In this document: positions 30,496 to 41,770 of the stretch, piece after piece
How the letters are laid out: each line of letters starts with the position of its first letter
Numbering within the stretch: position 1 is the first letter of the stretch
NCBI GenBank assembly: GCA_964230645.1
Contig: CAXRHT010000002.1
Location: 1,856,001 to 1,920,000, forward strand
DNA from: Bdellovibrionales bacterium
GTDB lineage: Bacteria > Bdellovibrionota > Bdellovibrionia > Bdellovibrionales > JAGQZY01
DNA length: 64,000 nt
Reading direction: 5' to 3'
Made by a program: the position numbers and the translations under genes
Notes under the pieces: generated by a model
The model's input: the letters and a program-made list of their open reading frames with translations, nothing else
Database searches by the model: none
What the model was told of the DNA's origin: nothing

Positions 30496-30524
30496 TTGAC
30501 AAGCTGTGGCGGCCGGAATAGATT
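30496..30524 (+). promoter_or_regulatory. Candidate sigma70 promoter
   Basis: TTGACA-N17-TAGATT. Confidence 0.65.
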
Positions 30525-30586
30525 CCGACCGAACACAGCAACAATATTGAATGTTTAGCCATTCAACTGTCAATGGGAGGAAAACC

Positions 30587-31138
30587 TTGATTAGCTCAAA
30601 CCAAGACAACAGCAAGAAAGTTAAAATTATCAAGCGATACCAAAACAGAAAACTCTACGATACTCAGCAAAGTTGTTACGTTACATTAGACGACATTGCC
30701 AAAATGATCCGAGCTAACGAAGAAGTCATGGTTATCGACAACAAAACTAAAAACGACATCACAGCTGCGACTTTGACTCAAATCATCTTCGAATCTGAAA
30801 AGAAAGCCTCCCAGTATGCGCCTCTTTTCACTTTAAGAGAGATCATCCAACACGCTAATGGAAGTATCTCTAGCTACCTTGCTAAACTTGGTGCCTTCCC
30901 TAAAGAATACATTGTTAAATCCGCTCAACCCTCTACTTCTAGCAGCAAGTCCAGCAGTGACTCTGTTGTGGATAAAGCGGCTGAGTCTTATGACACAGTT
31001 AAACAATCCTTAGAAAATCGAGTGGCTCAGGCCGCCACAAGTGGAAGCGGGCAAGAGTTCACGGGAAAACTTCCTCAACAAGAGGAAACTCCAAGCCTTC
31101 CCAACCCTAATAAAAACTTTTTAAATACACAGCAGTAA
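30587..31138 (+). CDS. PhaR-like (PHB_acc_N) DNA-binding regulator
   Basis: IIKRYQNRKLYDTQQSCYVTLDDIAKMIR...DIT..TLTQII. Probable TTG start after GGGAGG. Confidence 0.88.
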   Translation: MISSNQDNSKKVKIIKRYQNRKLYDTQQSCYVTLDDIAKMIRANEEVMVIDNKTKNDITAATLTQIIFESEKKASQYAPLFTLREIIQHANGSISSYLAKLGAFPKEYIVKSAQPSTSSSKSSSDSVVDKAAESYDTVKQSLENRVAQAATSGSGQEFTGKLPQQEETPSLPNPNKNFLNTQQ

Positions 31139-31184
31139 GCCTGCTAAAGATTTGAAAGCCATCGAGGGCTTTCTGGTTTGAGTT

Positions 31185-31219
31185 AAAAAAAGCCTGACGA
31201 AACTGTCAGGTTTTTTTTT
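31185..31219. terminator. Bidirectional intrinsic terminator
   Basis: A-run, GCCTGAC-GAAACT-GTCAGGT stem-loop, then T-run, between convergent genes. Confidence 0.85.
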
Positions 31220-31245
31220 GCCTATTGAACAGGAATCTTGCCGTC

Positions 31246-32460
31246 TTAGTAGGTGCGATCCGAGAGGAAGGTTTTGTGACCTTTTTTAATGGTAACAGTA
31301 TTATCGAAAATAACTTTCTCTCCAGCAGGGCCCTGAGCTTTGACCAAAACTTTATGCTCTCCCGGAGGGAGATTGAACTTCGCGATCTGAAAGCTATCCG
31401 GAAGGGTTGACCACTGTCGAAGGTCCGCTTGATCAGAGACATGCATTGCAATTAATGCGAGAGCTCCTAAGGCTTCATTTTTCTGTCTGATTTGGTCGGC
31501 CACCACTTCTTTTGCAACAAATCCTATAATTTTTTTTGCCACAAGATAGTTGTAATCATTATCAAGCGTTCGGATCGCCTCAGCTCCAATATTGTAAAAA
31601 AGCTTAGTGGTCTTTTTTTCCTTCCCATCAATTTCAACTACAGCCTGATCGAACTGACTGTAATGAGGAACGAGATGGGGAAAACGATAGTTTCCCGGAC
31701 GAGGTCTTTTTCTGGGAATCCAGCCCTGCTGGTAAATAAAAACCAGCTCTCCTCCCGAGCGGGTTTCTTTTTTTATTTCAGACAAATTGTACTGTGGATA
31801 CTTACCCTGCCATTTTTTGAGCTCATCGTAGCGTCTTGCCCTCCAAGCCGCTCGAATAAGATCCTTACCAATGCCACTTAAGTCAGACTTAATATTGTAG
31901 GCATTTTTATAATCAATATAGGCCGAGTCCCATTTTCCTTGGGCTTCCCAGATCATGGCTGATAGATATCGAGCAAATAGACTTTTTCTTTCGTCTTCAT
32001 TGTCGAGTTTAAACTTATAGATTTTTTGATCGATCCGCCGGCATTCAACAAGGGCATCTTCATAATTACCGAGTAGAGTGAAGTTAAGAGCCAAGTAAAC
32101 ATTAATTAAGATATTTTCGAATCGCTCTGTTTTATACTGCACCATACTTTCGCTAAGAAGTAACGAGCCGGCCTCTCGGGATAAGCTGGTGTAATTTTTT
32201 ACGTCTGCTAAACGATCGGCTTTAATTAGAATTTCGTTACTTTTTTCAATGTCACCGGCTTCATGTAAAGCGATCCCGTAGTCTAAAAGATAAAGAACCT
32301 GGTCTTTACCCTCAAGACTGGCCGGTTCAGCCAGAAGAGTGGCCGCCTCACTTGGCTGATCTTGTGATAGGTGTTTTCGAGCCCCGTCCACTTTACTCTG
32401 GTAGGTTGCACAACCCACTAGAAACAAAGTGGCTACAAAAGGGATTGAGAATCGCTTCAC
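31246..32460 (-). CDS. COG3014-family TPR lipoprotein
   Basis: Lipobox LVGC and C-terminal ADLRQWSTLP. Follows lpoB. Confidence 0.85.
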   Translation of the reverse strand: MKRFSIPFVATLFLVGCATYQSKVDGARKHLSQDQPSEAATLLAEPASLEGKDQVLYLLDYGIALHEAGDIEKSNEILIKADRLADVKNYTSLSREAGSLLLSESMVQYKTERFENILINVYLALNFTLLGNYEDALVECRRIDQKIYKFKLDNEDERKSLFARYLSAMIWEAQGKWDSAYIDYKNAYNIKSDLSGIGKDLIRAAWRARRYDELKKWQGKYPQYNLSEIKKETRSGGELVFIYQQGWIPRKRPRPGNYRFPHLVPHYSQFDQAVVEIDGKEKKTTKLFYNIGAEAIRTLDNDYNYLVAKKIIGFVAKEVVADQIRQKNEALGALALIAMHVSDQADLRQWSTLPDSFQIAKFNLPPGEHKVLVKAQGPAGEKVIFDNTVTIKKGHKTFLSDRTY

Positions 32461-32472
32461 TTAACGCCCTTA

Positions 32473-33066
32473 TCAAAGTCCCATTCGACGTTTTTTATAC
32501 TTTTTACGAAGCTGCTCGTAGCCAGTCCACTCAATGATATTCGTTTTTAAATTAGTCATATTCAGAGTGAGCTTGTAGTAAACCGTCTTTCGTTTATTGA
32601 TATCTTTAACAATGGAGGTCAGGCGGCCGTTAATAATAAAATCGGCTCCTATTTGTCCGCCTTTACCCTTTGCGGTTTCTTTAGAAACCATCCCGGAGTT
32701 TTGGTAATCGTACTCTTCGGCCACATCATCTCTGGCAGCCTTATCCACGAAGCGCACGCCCCCTTGATTGGTTAGCTCCACCCGAACCATATCCATAATA
32801 CTTTGGGTATTAATGTGTTCGTCTGTTTGGTTTTGAAGCCGGGTTACCATAACAATGGGGGGAACTTTTGCAGCTTGAACAGCACGGCTATTCACCATTT
32901 TTTGTACCAAGTTATGAACAACCTTTTGCATGTCCGTTTCGGACCAGCGATCATCAAGAAGATTTTCGTTGTTTACATCATCGTACTCTCCCTTGATGTA
33001 ACCCTTAGGTCCACAAGCAGAAAGGGTCATAAGAGATATAAGTAACACTCCCATTGTCTTTTTCAT
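32473..33066 (-). CDS. lpoB: Penicillin-binding protein activator LpoB family lipoprotein
   Basis: Lipobox LSAC, NQTDEHINT, G.QIGADF...G.LTSI, Y.LTL.MTNL.T..IEW. Confidence 0.85.
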   Translation of the reverse strand: MKKTMGVLLISLMTLSACGPKGYIKGEYDDVNNENLLDDRWSETDMQKVVHNLVQKMVNSRAVQAAKVPPIVMVTRLQNQTDEHINTQSIMDMVRVELTNQGGVRFVDKAARDDVAEEYDYQNSGMVSKETAKGKGGQIGADFIINGRLTSIVKDINKRKTVYYKLTLNMTNLKTNIIEWTGYEQLRKKYKKRRMGL

Positions 33067-33140
33067 AAAAAACTCCTGTTTTAAATCCGGAAATTGGTTC
33101 CATTCAGTCTATAAACTAAAAGGCCGATGAGCAACGACTT

Positions 33141-33155
33141 GGCACAATTTGTGCC
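33141..33155. promoter_or_regulatory. Palindromic site matching sigma54 GG-N10-GC on both strands
   Basis: GGCACA-ATT-TGTGCC, between the divergent lpoB and 33168 genes. Confidence 0.45.
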
Positions 33156-33167
33156 TCTCTCCCATGT

Positions 33168-33530
33168 ATGAATAATCGCCATTCAGTGGAGCTTGTTCGC
33201 TCCCTGCAGAGTCAATTAGAGTCCAAGCCTGAAGGCCTCTGGTGTGTGGCGCTTTCCTCGAAAGGGCATATTTTAAAACTGAAGAGCTTAGATTGTACCC
33301 ATTCATCTGATATCTTTGCTCAAAGCCTGAGTTTTCGCTCCGCAATAGAAAGCGAAAAAGGCCCCCTGGTCATCGTTCGAAAAGACTCAAGTTATCACCT
33401 CTTTGATGAATGGGACTGGCTGTTTATAGATAGAATCAAAACTAGTGTTTCATTCTCAGAGAAGGTCTTCGACTATATTAAAATTTTCGCAGATCGGTCT
33501 TCTCTTCTTTCCAATCACGAGATCCTTTAA
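33168..33530 (+). CDS. Hypothetical protein, degenerate RadC/JAB-like
   Basis: Pattern EGLWCVALSSKGHIL...DIF...LVIV...DW.FIDRI...VFDYIKI. The HxH metal ligands are absent. Confidence 0.45.
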   Translation: MNNRHSVELVRSLQSQLESKPEGLWCVALSSKGHILKLKSLDCTHSSDIFAQSLSFRSAIESEKGPLVIVRKDSSYHLFDEWDWLFIDRIKTSVSFSEKVFDYIKIFADRSSLLSNHEIL

Positions 33531-33596
33531 GGCTTTCCATAGAATTGAGTTTAAGGTAGACCTTGTAGGGAAACTGAACCCAACTTAGGAGATCCT

Positions 33597-34157
33597 GTGA
33601 CTGCTAAAATATTTTTGACTGCCTCCATTGTTTTAAACCTCGTTTTTGCCGTCTACATTTTTTTTCTTTCCTCTCCTCAGAATGATAGCTGGGCTAATAT
33701 GAGTAGCCAGGATAAAAAGAGAGCCTGCGTTTCCTATGCTAAAGAAAAAGTGCAAGAATTTGCTGACAAAAGCAGCTCAGACTCTTCGGAAGGCCTGCGC
33801 AAACCCCTCGAAGGGTATGAGGATGCTCCAGTAGAGAAGATTGAACTCTCAAAAAAAGAAATAAAAGAATACACAAGCAATCTTCCTAAAGTCTTAAGAG
33901 ATGCTAAAGCCGTTCCCTATGTGGAACCCGGAACAGGAAATATTTCTGGATTCAAAGTTTTAAGTATTAAGACCGGCAGCGTGTATGAGAGACTAGGGAT
34001 CCAACCAAAGGACATCATTAAAGGGTTTAACGGTAAAGAGATTGTGAGCCCTAGGCACGCTATGCAGCTTTATCAGAATTTAAAAACATCCGGCTCGATG
34101 AAATTGCATATACTGAGACAGGGAAAACCTAAGACATTGCACTATCAAATTAACTAA
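33597..34157 (+). CDS. GspC-like membrane-anchored PDZ protein
   Basis: N-terminal TM, then GFKVLSIKTGSVYERLGIQPKDIIKGFNG...ILRQGK. Confidence 0.75.
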   Translation: MTAKIFLTASIVLNLVFAVYIFFLSSPQNDSWANMSSQDKKRACVSYAKEKVQEFADKSSSDSSEGLRKPLEGYEDAPVEKIELSKKEIKEYTSNLPKVLRDAKAVPYVEPGTGNISGFKVLSIKTGSVYERLGIQPKDIIKGFNGKEIVSPRHAMQLYQNLKTSGSMKLHILRQGKPKTLHYQIN

Positions 34158-34160
34158 GAA

Positions 34161-34679
34161 CTAATTGTTATCGTGCTTATCAACGCTGACGATTTCCATT
34201 TTATCATTAACCTTAACAACATAACCCATTTTATAAGCCTCTTTAATAAAGGCTTTAACATATCGTTGGCGTTGTTCTTTTTCCAACTCTTCGTAACGCT
34301 GTTTTTTGGCAAGAAAGGCATCCATTTGTTGATCTAAATTGACGGGTTCGTTTATGCCCTCTTCATTGAGGTCATAAGCTGCCGGCCCAACATCAGCGTT
34401 AACAGGCGCCTCATGAAACTTTGTTCTTTTTCGATAGTTTGGATCCAATAGGGGCTTTTCCACTGTTTTTTCTATTTCTGCTCGCTGCTTTTGGATGTCT
34501 AATTTGACTTGGGCTTCTTTTTTGTATTGTTCAAGTTTATTGTAGCTAATGGTATTTCCGGATGTTTTAGGAGAAATAACACCAGGAGTAGTCACGTAAG
34601 GGTCGGGACCAACAATATATAAATATCCGAAAAAAAGAGTTCCCAGTAAAAATAAACCTGGGACAAAATAGTACTTCAT
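34161..34679 (-). CDS. Hypothetical membrane-anchored protein
   Basis: N-terminal TM and a charged helical body. Confidence 0.7.
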   Translation of the reverse strand: MKYYFVPGLFLLGTLFFGYLYIVGPDPYVTTPGVISPKTSGNTISYNKLEQYKKEAQVKLDIQKQRAEIEKTVEKPLLDPNYRKRTKFHEAPVNADVGPAAYDLNEEGINEPVNLDQQMDAFLAKKQRYEELEKEQRQRYVKAFIKEAYKMGYVVKVNDKMEIVSVDKHDNN

Positions 34680-34689
34680 GGCTTTGAAG

Positions 34690-34716
34690 TTATCGGATTA
34701 AATCGAAATTTCTTTA
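34690..34716 (-). promoter_or_regulatory. Candidate sigma28 promoter
   Basis: Minus strand reads TAAA-N15-TCCGATAA, ending about 10 nt before the ATG at 34679. Confidence 0.65.
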
Positions 34717-34841
34717 TTTATCTCGATATGAAACAATAGTGAAAACCCTTTCCTGCAGGGGATTAAGACAGGCTAAGAAATTTATTTTATTTATTTGAGG
34801 GTAGAGGAGTTCAATGAGATTGGTTGACCTCTGTACGATTT

Positions 34842-36746
34842 CTATTCCCGATAAATTGGAAGATCAATATGAAACGTGGTTCCTTTACCCACTTGGCTCT
34901 CAACATGGATCTGACCACCATGAGATTTAACAATGCCGTAGGAGATACTTAAGCCAAGCCCTGTCCCCTGACCCACATCTTTTGTTGTGTAAAAGGGATC
35001 AAAGATTTTTTCCACATTATCTTTTTCGATTCCGACTCCAGTGTCCCTTATTTCAATCCTGACAAGCTTTTGTTCGCTTAAATACTCGGTGGAAATAAAA
35101 ATATCGCCCTCTTCTTCAATGGCTTGGATCGCATTGTTGATGATGTTCATAAAAACTTGTTTCATCTGATTAATGTTACAGTTAATTTTTGGTACTTCAT
35201 TGTAGTCTTTGCGAACCAATATATTATTTTTTAGCTCTCCACTAAGTAGTTTGAGAGTACTATCAATACCTGTGTTCACATCAAATGCTTGGGTTTTTTC
35301 CTCATCCGCTCTTGAAAAATTTCTGAGTCCTAAAACAATGTCTTTGGCTCGATTGGAACCCTCTTCACAGGACTGAATCAGCTTGGGGAAATCTTTTTTG
35401 ATGTATTCATAGTCTTCCTCTTGCACAAGTATGTCCAATTCAGCGGGTTTCTTGAGGGTGCGATCAATGATCTTGAAGAGACTTTGAGAGTATTCTTTGA
35501 GGTGCCCGATATTAGAATAAATAAAGCCAATGGGGTTATTAAGCTCATGGGCTATTCCTGCCACCAGTTCACCAAGACTTGCTAGCTTTGCCGATTGTAC
35601 GAGTTGGTTCTGTGTGTTTTTAATTTTATTATTGGCTTGCTCTAATAGATCGAGCTGCTTTTTCATTTTTTGGTCAGACTCAACAATTTGTACCGACATT
35701 TCGTTGAAACTATCGACCAACTCAGCAATTTCCGTGCGACTTTTGTTTTCAATAAAGGGAGCTTCCCTGGCATCCTTCAAATTTCTAGACGCTTTGATCA
35801 AAGCTTCGATGGGAGAGATCACCTCGCGCACGAAATAGAAACTCATTACCAAAATAAATGCAAAAATACAGATAAAGGTTAAGATAATCATGTAGTTAAC
35901 ATTGCTGATACTCGAAGCAGCAGAAGCCTTCGAGGAACCCATCCCTATTAAAAACTCCAACTGCCCCCAGCTAATGGCCGTTGACATAAAAGCGTAGGGC
36001 ACTTCTGAGATACTAAATTCAAAAAACTTATTTTGGCCACTCAGGAGTTGCTCGGAGAGATTAAGGGTGTTGGTTGATTCAGGCAGAGAGCCTAAAAGAA
36101 TTTTTCCTTTGCTATCAAAGAAGACCACTTCGGCACCGATAGCCTCGGTGATTTTTTTTAAATACTGTTGGTCGACTGACAAAATAGATTCTACGTACCC
36201 CACCGTTCTTTCTTGCACACCCACTATTTTGCGGACAATTGAAAGTGCGAGAACATTCTTTCCTTTCTTATCTTTCTGGAAAAGCACTCGATGGAGGCTT
36301 GTTTCATCTTCTAAACGCTCCCTAAGGTCCGAGGGAAGGTCCGCCATCCCGTGAACGCTTTTGTATTTTTCATTAAAATAGACAAAGACCTGCCCCCCTT
36401 GAGAGTAGACCTTTACTTCTTCCTGATCAAAAAGTTGAATTTTATCACTAAGAACGGCTTTAAAACCCTCCGGATCCACTGTCGATATGAAGTAAATAAG
36501 GGACTTATCTTGCAGTGACTTCGTGATAAAATCTTCAAGATTGGTGCGTTTTTTTGCAAAAAGGCTTTCAAGCTCACGCACATGAACTGTTAAGCGGTCC
36601 TTGATCTGTTGGTTGATACTCTTTTGATATTGATCTTGAACAACAAAGGCTAAGATAACTAGAGGAACTAAAGTAAAGAAGAAGAACCAAGTAAAAACCA
36701 GGCTTCTTAAGGACTTTCTCTTCTTTCCCCCAACCATCAACGACAA
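34842..36746 (-). CDS. Sensor histidine kinase (2 TM, HAMP, HisKA, HATPase)
   Basis: H-box AHELNNP, QVFMNIINNAIQA, DTGVGI, FDPFYTTK, GTGLGL. Confidence 0.95.
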   Translation of the reverse strand: MSLMVGGKKRKSLRSLVFTWFFFFTLVPLVILAFVVQDQYQKSINQQIKDRLTVHVRELESLFAKKRTNLEDFITKSLQDKSLIYFISTVDPEGFKAVLSDKIQLFDQEEVKVYSQGGQVFVYFNEKYKSVHGMADLPSDLRERLEDETSLHRVLFQKDKKGKNVLALSIVRKIVGVQERTVGYVESILSVDQQYLKKITEAIGAEVVFFDSKGKILLGSLPESTNTLNLSEQLLSGQNKFFEFSISEVPYAFMSTAISWGQLEFLIGMGSSKASAASSISNVNYMIILTFICIFAFILVMSFYFVREVISPIEALIKASRNLKDAREAPFIENKSRTEIAELVDSFNEMSVQIVESDQKMKKQLDLLEQANNKIKNTQNQLVQSAKLASLGELVAGIAHELNNPIGFIYSNIGHLKEYSQSLFKIIDRTLKKPAELDILVQEEDYEYIKKDFPKLIQSCEEGSNRAKDIVLGLRNFSRADEEKTQAFDVNTGIDSTLKLLSGELKNNILVRKDYNEVPKINCNINQMKQVFMNIINNAIQAIEEEGDIFISTEYLSEQKLVRIEIRDTGVGIEKDNVEKIFDPFYTTKDVGQGTGLGLSISYGIVKSHGGQIHVESQVGKGTTFHIDLPIYRE

Positions 36747-36749
36747 GCC

Positions 36750-37808
<1,059 letters not shown>

Positions 37809-37945
37809 CTAAGGCTCAAGATTAAAGTTTTACAAAAAAAGAGTCAATACAAGAGGTTAGGACTTTTCTATGTTTTATCAACTTTAATGTTTTATGGGGA
37901 GGAAGGGGCGCTGCATTATTGTCTTTCTAACTAAAAAGGAATTGA

Positions 37946-38413
37946 ATGCCGTTCATGGAAAAAGCCGCCTTAATCAACGATCTCATCACTTTTTTAAAAA
38001 CTGATTCTGCCTGCAAAGAGACTCTTTTTTGTCTTTCACCCAAAGCCGAAATTGAAATTCGTATCGCAAGAGAATCCCATGTGCGTGTGACTCACGACAA
38101 AGTAAACGTGATCGCAGAAGAAAAACCGGCGCGCGCTCCAGAATTTATCTTTGATGCCTCACCTGAGGCCATTGCCGTATTAGTGGCCGAGAAAAACCTC
38201 AGTCCAGCAAAGCTTGGCATTAAATTGCTTAAACAGATCGTTAATCGCGACATCAAGGTCTCTATGCCTGGAAGCATTTTGCAAGTGACAAGTAAAGGCT
38301 ATTTCAAAATTCTTAAGGTCGGTGGGACTGAGTTCTTATCCGAACTTAAAAAATACAACCTCACCAGCCTTCCAAAAATTACGGCAGCCCTAAAAAAGCT
38401 CGCTAAAAAATAA
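37946..38413 (+). CDS. Hypothetical protein (possibly SCP2-like fold)
   Basis: 155-aa ORF with an RBS-like AAGGA. The fold assignment is only a by-eye impression. Confidence 0.6.
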   Translation: MPFMEKAALINDLITFLKTDSACKETLFCLSPKAEIEIRIARESHVRVTHDKVNVIAEEKPARAPEFIFDASPEAIAVLVAEKNLSPAKLGIKLLKQIVNRDIKVSMPGSILQVTSKGYFKILKVGGTEFLSELKKYNLTSLPKITAALKKLAKK

Positions 38414-38428
38414 GAACTCTAGGCGGCA

Positions 38429-38824
38429 TTAAGGGCTCTTGCACTGTCCAACATAATGAGTGCCGTCAATTAAGGCTTTGAAGCTTTGATCTTTTAAAAT
38501 CTCTCCCACAGAATGGATCTCCACAGCTTCTCCCCCGGCGCTTTTTGCTTGGGCATGGATAATAAAGTACGTCCTTCCCTGCCGAGAAAAGAGATTAGGG
38601 GCTGAATCTTTAGCAACGACCGAGTACATGCCAACTTCGGCTCTCCCATTTTTCAATTCAATATAAACTGAAGAGGCACTCTCTTTTGTGCAATTGTTTT
38701 TTTCACAAGCGTACATAAATTGCGGCTGGCAATTTAATTCAATGGAGAGATCTTTAGGAGCCGATTGGCAAGCTCCAAGAATTAAAAAAGCAATGATAGG
38801 TGTTAAACGAATTCGCCCTTCCAT
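38429..38824 (-). CDS. Small lipoprotein
   Basis: Lipobox LGAC plus 4 further Cys. Confidence 0.65.
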   Translation of the reverse strand: MEGRIRLTPIIAFLILGACQSAPKDLSIELNCQPQFMYACEKNNCTKESASSVYIELKNGRAEVGMYSVVAKDSAPNLFSRQGRTYFIIHAQAKSAGGEAVEIHSVGEILKDQSFKALIDGTHYVGQCKSP

Positions 38825-40449
38825 CCCAACTCCTTTTCCATTTGTTTCATCAAGAGCTCTTGTTCTTTTTTGGAAGTCTGCGCATCCCAGCCCAGAAGGT
38901 CTTCAAAAACTTTACAAATACATTTTAAATATTTGATCCCATGATCTTTAGTGGCCAGAAAGAGAGGGCTTCTTCTCCAATAAAAATCTCTAAGAGAAAA
39001 ACACATCGTATTCTCGATAGCAAAGTGAGCCTCCCCCATCCAGTAAGCCTCATTGTCCGTATAAAGAGAATAATGCTTCTGCATGATCTTTAATATATCG
39101 TAAGCTTCTTCGCCATGGCGAAAAAGGAGTCGCTTCACGATGGAAGCCGGGAATTCAAACTTTGCCGCCCATTCATATTCCATCAATTGCACTCTCTCAA
39201 ATAGAGCTTCCGTCACTTTTGGATTCAAAGGATTTTTTGTTTGGGACTGCCCATAGGACATCCCGGATTCAAAGGGCATCTTTTTCAAAACGTGATCCAC
39301 CGTCTCTTCAGACATCTTTCGGTAGGTTGTGTACTTACCTCCGGCAATAAAAGTGAGATTTTCACCAGTTGACCAAATTTGGTGCTCGCGGCTGGTTTTT
39401 CCTTCAGAGGAAGAGCCATCATTGACCAAGGGACGTACGCCTGCATAACTCGAATAGATATCCTTTTCTTGAATATTAAGTTTAGGAAAATAAGTGTTCA
39501 GAGCATCTAACAAATAGCGAACGTCAGAAGCTTCGGCCTTCACCTCTTGTGGCTTTTTTTGGAAATCCGTATCGGTCGTCCCAACGATCACCATTTCATG
39601 TCTTGGAATGACGAAAATGATTCTCTTTTCAACCGCCATCACAATGGCTTTTTTGATGGGAATCTTTTTTCTTGGAAACACTAAATGCACACCTTTTGTG
39701 GGACGCAGACAGTCCTCCCAATTTTTATCCACGATGTGGCCAAAGATGTCTGTCCAAGGGCCAACACTGGATAGATACTGATGACCCTTCAGGCTAAATT
39801 CTTCTCCTGTCATCTGATCTCTTAAATGAAGCTTTTCAATATTTTCTGAATCGCCTTCAATCGATTCCACGTTAGTATAATTCACAAGACAGGCTCCACG
39901 GCGATGGGCATCTCGTAGAGTTTCAATGACGAGCCTGTCATCATCAGTATAAGCATCAGAGTATTCCATGGCTCCAACGAGAGTGCGGGCATCAAGCTCT
40001 GGCACTCTTTCCCTAACTTCCTCGCTATTGAGGCTTTCGTGCATTTGGGGTGTTTCAAAAAGGGCTAATAGGTCATAAAGCCACATACCCGCTAACATCT
40101 TCCAGTAGCCCACACGTGAGGACTTATAAATAGGAATCACAAACCGAAGGGGGTGGACCAGATGAGGAGCCAATTTAAATAATAAAGCTCTTTCAGAAAG
40201 TGCTTCAAAAACCAAGCTAAACTCGAAGTTCTCAAGATAGCGCACTCCACCATGTATTAGTTTTGAGGATCGTGAACTGGTTCCTTCTGCAAAATCTCGC
40301 CCCTCTACAAGAGCGACCTTCATCCCTCGAGAGGCGGCGTCTCTAGCAACTCCCGCGCCCGTAATACCACCACCAATAATAACGAGATCAAAGACTTCGT
40401 TTTTTAGACGCTCTAGGTTTTTATTGCGGGTTTCAAGAGAAAACTTCAC
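38803..40449 (-). CDS. glpD: FAD-dependent glycerol-3-phosphate dehydrogenase
   Basis: IIGGGITGAG, GTSSRSSKLIHGGVRYL, GVRPLV, GGKYTTYR. Confidence 0.95.
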   Translation of the reverse strand: MKFSLETRNKNLERLKNEVFDLVIIGGGITGAGVARDAASRGMKVALVEGRDFAEGTSSRSSKLIHGGVRYLENFEFSLVFEALSERALLFKLAPHLVHPLRFVIPIYKSSRVGYWKMLAGMWLYDLLALFETPQMHESLNSEEVRERVPELDARTLVGAMEYSDAYTDDDRLVIETLRDAHRRGACLVNYTNVESIEGDSENIEKLHLRDQMTGEEFSLKGHQYLSSVGPWTDIFGHIVDKNWEDCLRPTKGVHLVFPRKKIPIKKAIVMAVEKRIIFVIPRHEMVIVGTTDTDFQKKPQEVKAEASDVRYLLDALNTYFPKLNIQEKDIYSSYAGVRPLVNDGSSSEGKTSREHQIWSTGENLTFIAGGKYTTYRKMSEETVDHVLKKMPFESGMSYGQSQTKNPLNPKVTEALFERVQLMEYEWAAKFEFPASIVKRLLFRHGEEAYDILKIMQKHYSLYTDNEAYWMGEAHFAIENTMCFSLRDFYWRRSPLFLATKDHGIKYLKCICKVFEDLLGWDAQTSKKEQELLMKQMEKELGWKGEFV

Positions 40450-40899
40450 TCAAGCCTCGCTTATCTTTGTGGTTGAGAAATGCAGGTATTCCCCTTCTTT
40501 GAACTTATCAAATTTTTCAAGAGCAAAATCTTTGTGCTTACAGGAACTATTAAACAAAACCTTTTGCAGGTGCTTGGTCTTAGCCCAGCGAATCGCAGTG
40601 TCGAGAAGCTGGAACCCGACCTCATCGTCAACGAATTCTATATGCTCAATCCAAAGACTCTGGGTCCATTTATTAAAAAATAAGAGAGGCTGCCCGAGGA
40701 GATAGCCTTTCAGCTCTCCTGCTTCAAGAGCCACGAAACTCCAGCCAAGTCCTGCGTAGTGTTCAAGAGACTCTTTGCGCCAAGCCTGATCCCAAGATTT
40801 CATTTCTTTTTGAATTTCGCCTAGGTCTGCTGGCAGCCTTGAAATCTCCCACTGGAAGACCTCTTCGCTGTGCTGTTGCAAAAAGAGTTTAATTTCCAT
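40450..40899 (-). CDS. GNAT-like hypothetical protein
   Basis: SFVALEAGELKGY...LWIEHI...VGFQLLD.AIRWAK. Confidence 0.6.
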   Translation of the reverse strand: MEIKLFLQQHSEEVFQWEISRLPADLGEIQKEMKSWDQAWRKESLEHYAGLGWSFVALEAGELKGYLLGQPLLFFNKWTQSLWIEHIEFVDDEVGFQLLDTAIRWAKTKHLQKVLFNSSCKHKDFALEKFDKFKEGEYLHFSTTKISEA

Positions 40900-40993
40900 G
40901 GTGGCAGTTTACCTCAAGCCTTCTAGAGCGTCTACACCTGAGCCAACGGAATCTTTACTGTTCTCATCGCTGATTCTACTGTAGGTTAGGGCT

Positions 40994-41767
40994 ATGGAAA
41001 AAAATCATTTTAGTGAGAAATTTTTTGATGAAATAAAGCGAACTGTCGAAGAGACCATGAAAAAAAGTGAGGGTCCCTATTACGCCGCTTTCGATGCTGA
41101 CGGCACCCTTTGGGACAGTGATCTCGGAGAACAGTTCTTCCAGTACCAGATTGATCATTGTGATCTGGAGCCTTTAAAAAAGGTGAATCCCTGGGAATAT
41201 TACGAAACAACAAAAAAAACCGATCCGGTCGCGGCTTACCTGTGGCTGGCTCAAATCAATGCGGGCCATAGCTTGGAGCAAGTCAGAGCTTGGTCAAAAG
41301 CATGTATTGAAAAAAACGGTGCCCGTGTCTTTGAATCGCAGAAAAAATTGATCGCCTGGCTGCAATCCATGGGTGTGGAAACTCTTATTGTAACCGCTTC
41401 CATTCAATGGGCGGTGGAACCAGCCGGAGAGCTTGCCGGCATTTCCTATGAGAATGTCATGGGTATTCAAACAGCCACGGATGAAAATGGAATCGTCACA
41501 GAGGAGCAATTCGGGCCTATCACCTGGCGTGAAGGTAAAGCCAAGGCGCTATTGTCTCGCACCGATGGTGTGAAGCCAGTATTATGCGCTGGAAACACCT
41601 ACGGGGACATTGCTTTGCTAGAAGCCTCTAAGGGCGCTCGAATTTGCTCGCAAACCCAAACCGAAAAAAATGGTCTTGAATGGGAGGAGAGCAAACTCCT
41701 TGAGCACGCCAAAAAACACAATTGGCCTGTGCACCATTTTTTCGATCCCCACTTCACAACAGGATAA
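40994..41767 (+). CDS. HAD-superfamily hydrolase (SerB/IB-like)
   Basis: FDADGTLW, VTAS, GK, AGNTYGD. Confidence 0.9.
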   Translation: MEKNHFSEKFFDEIKRTVEETMKKSEGPYYAAFDADGTLWDSDLGEQFFQYQIDHCDLEPLKKVNPWEYYETTKKTDPVAAYLWLAQINAGHSLEQVRAWSKACIEKNGARVFESQKKLIAWLQSMGVETLIVTASIQWAVEPAGELAGISYENVMGIQTATDENGIVTEEQFGPITWREGKAKALLSRTDGVKPVLCAGNTYGDIALLEASKGARICSQTQTEKNGLEWEESKLLEHAKKHNWPVHHFFDPHFTTG

Positions 41768-41770
41768 CAA

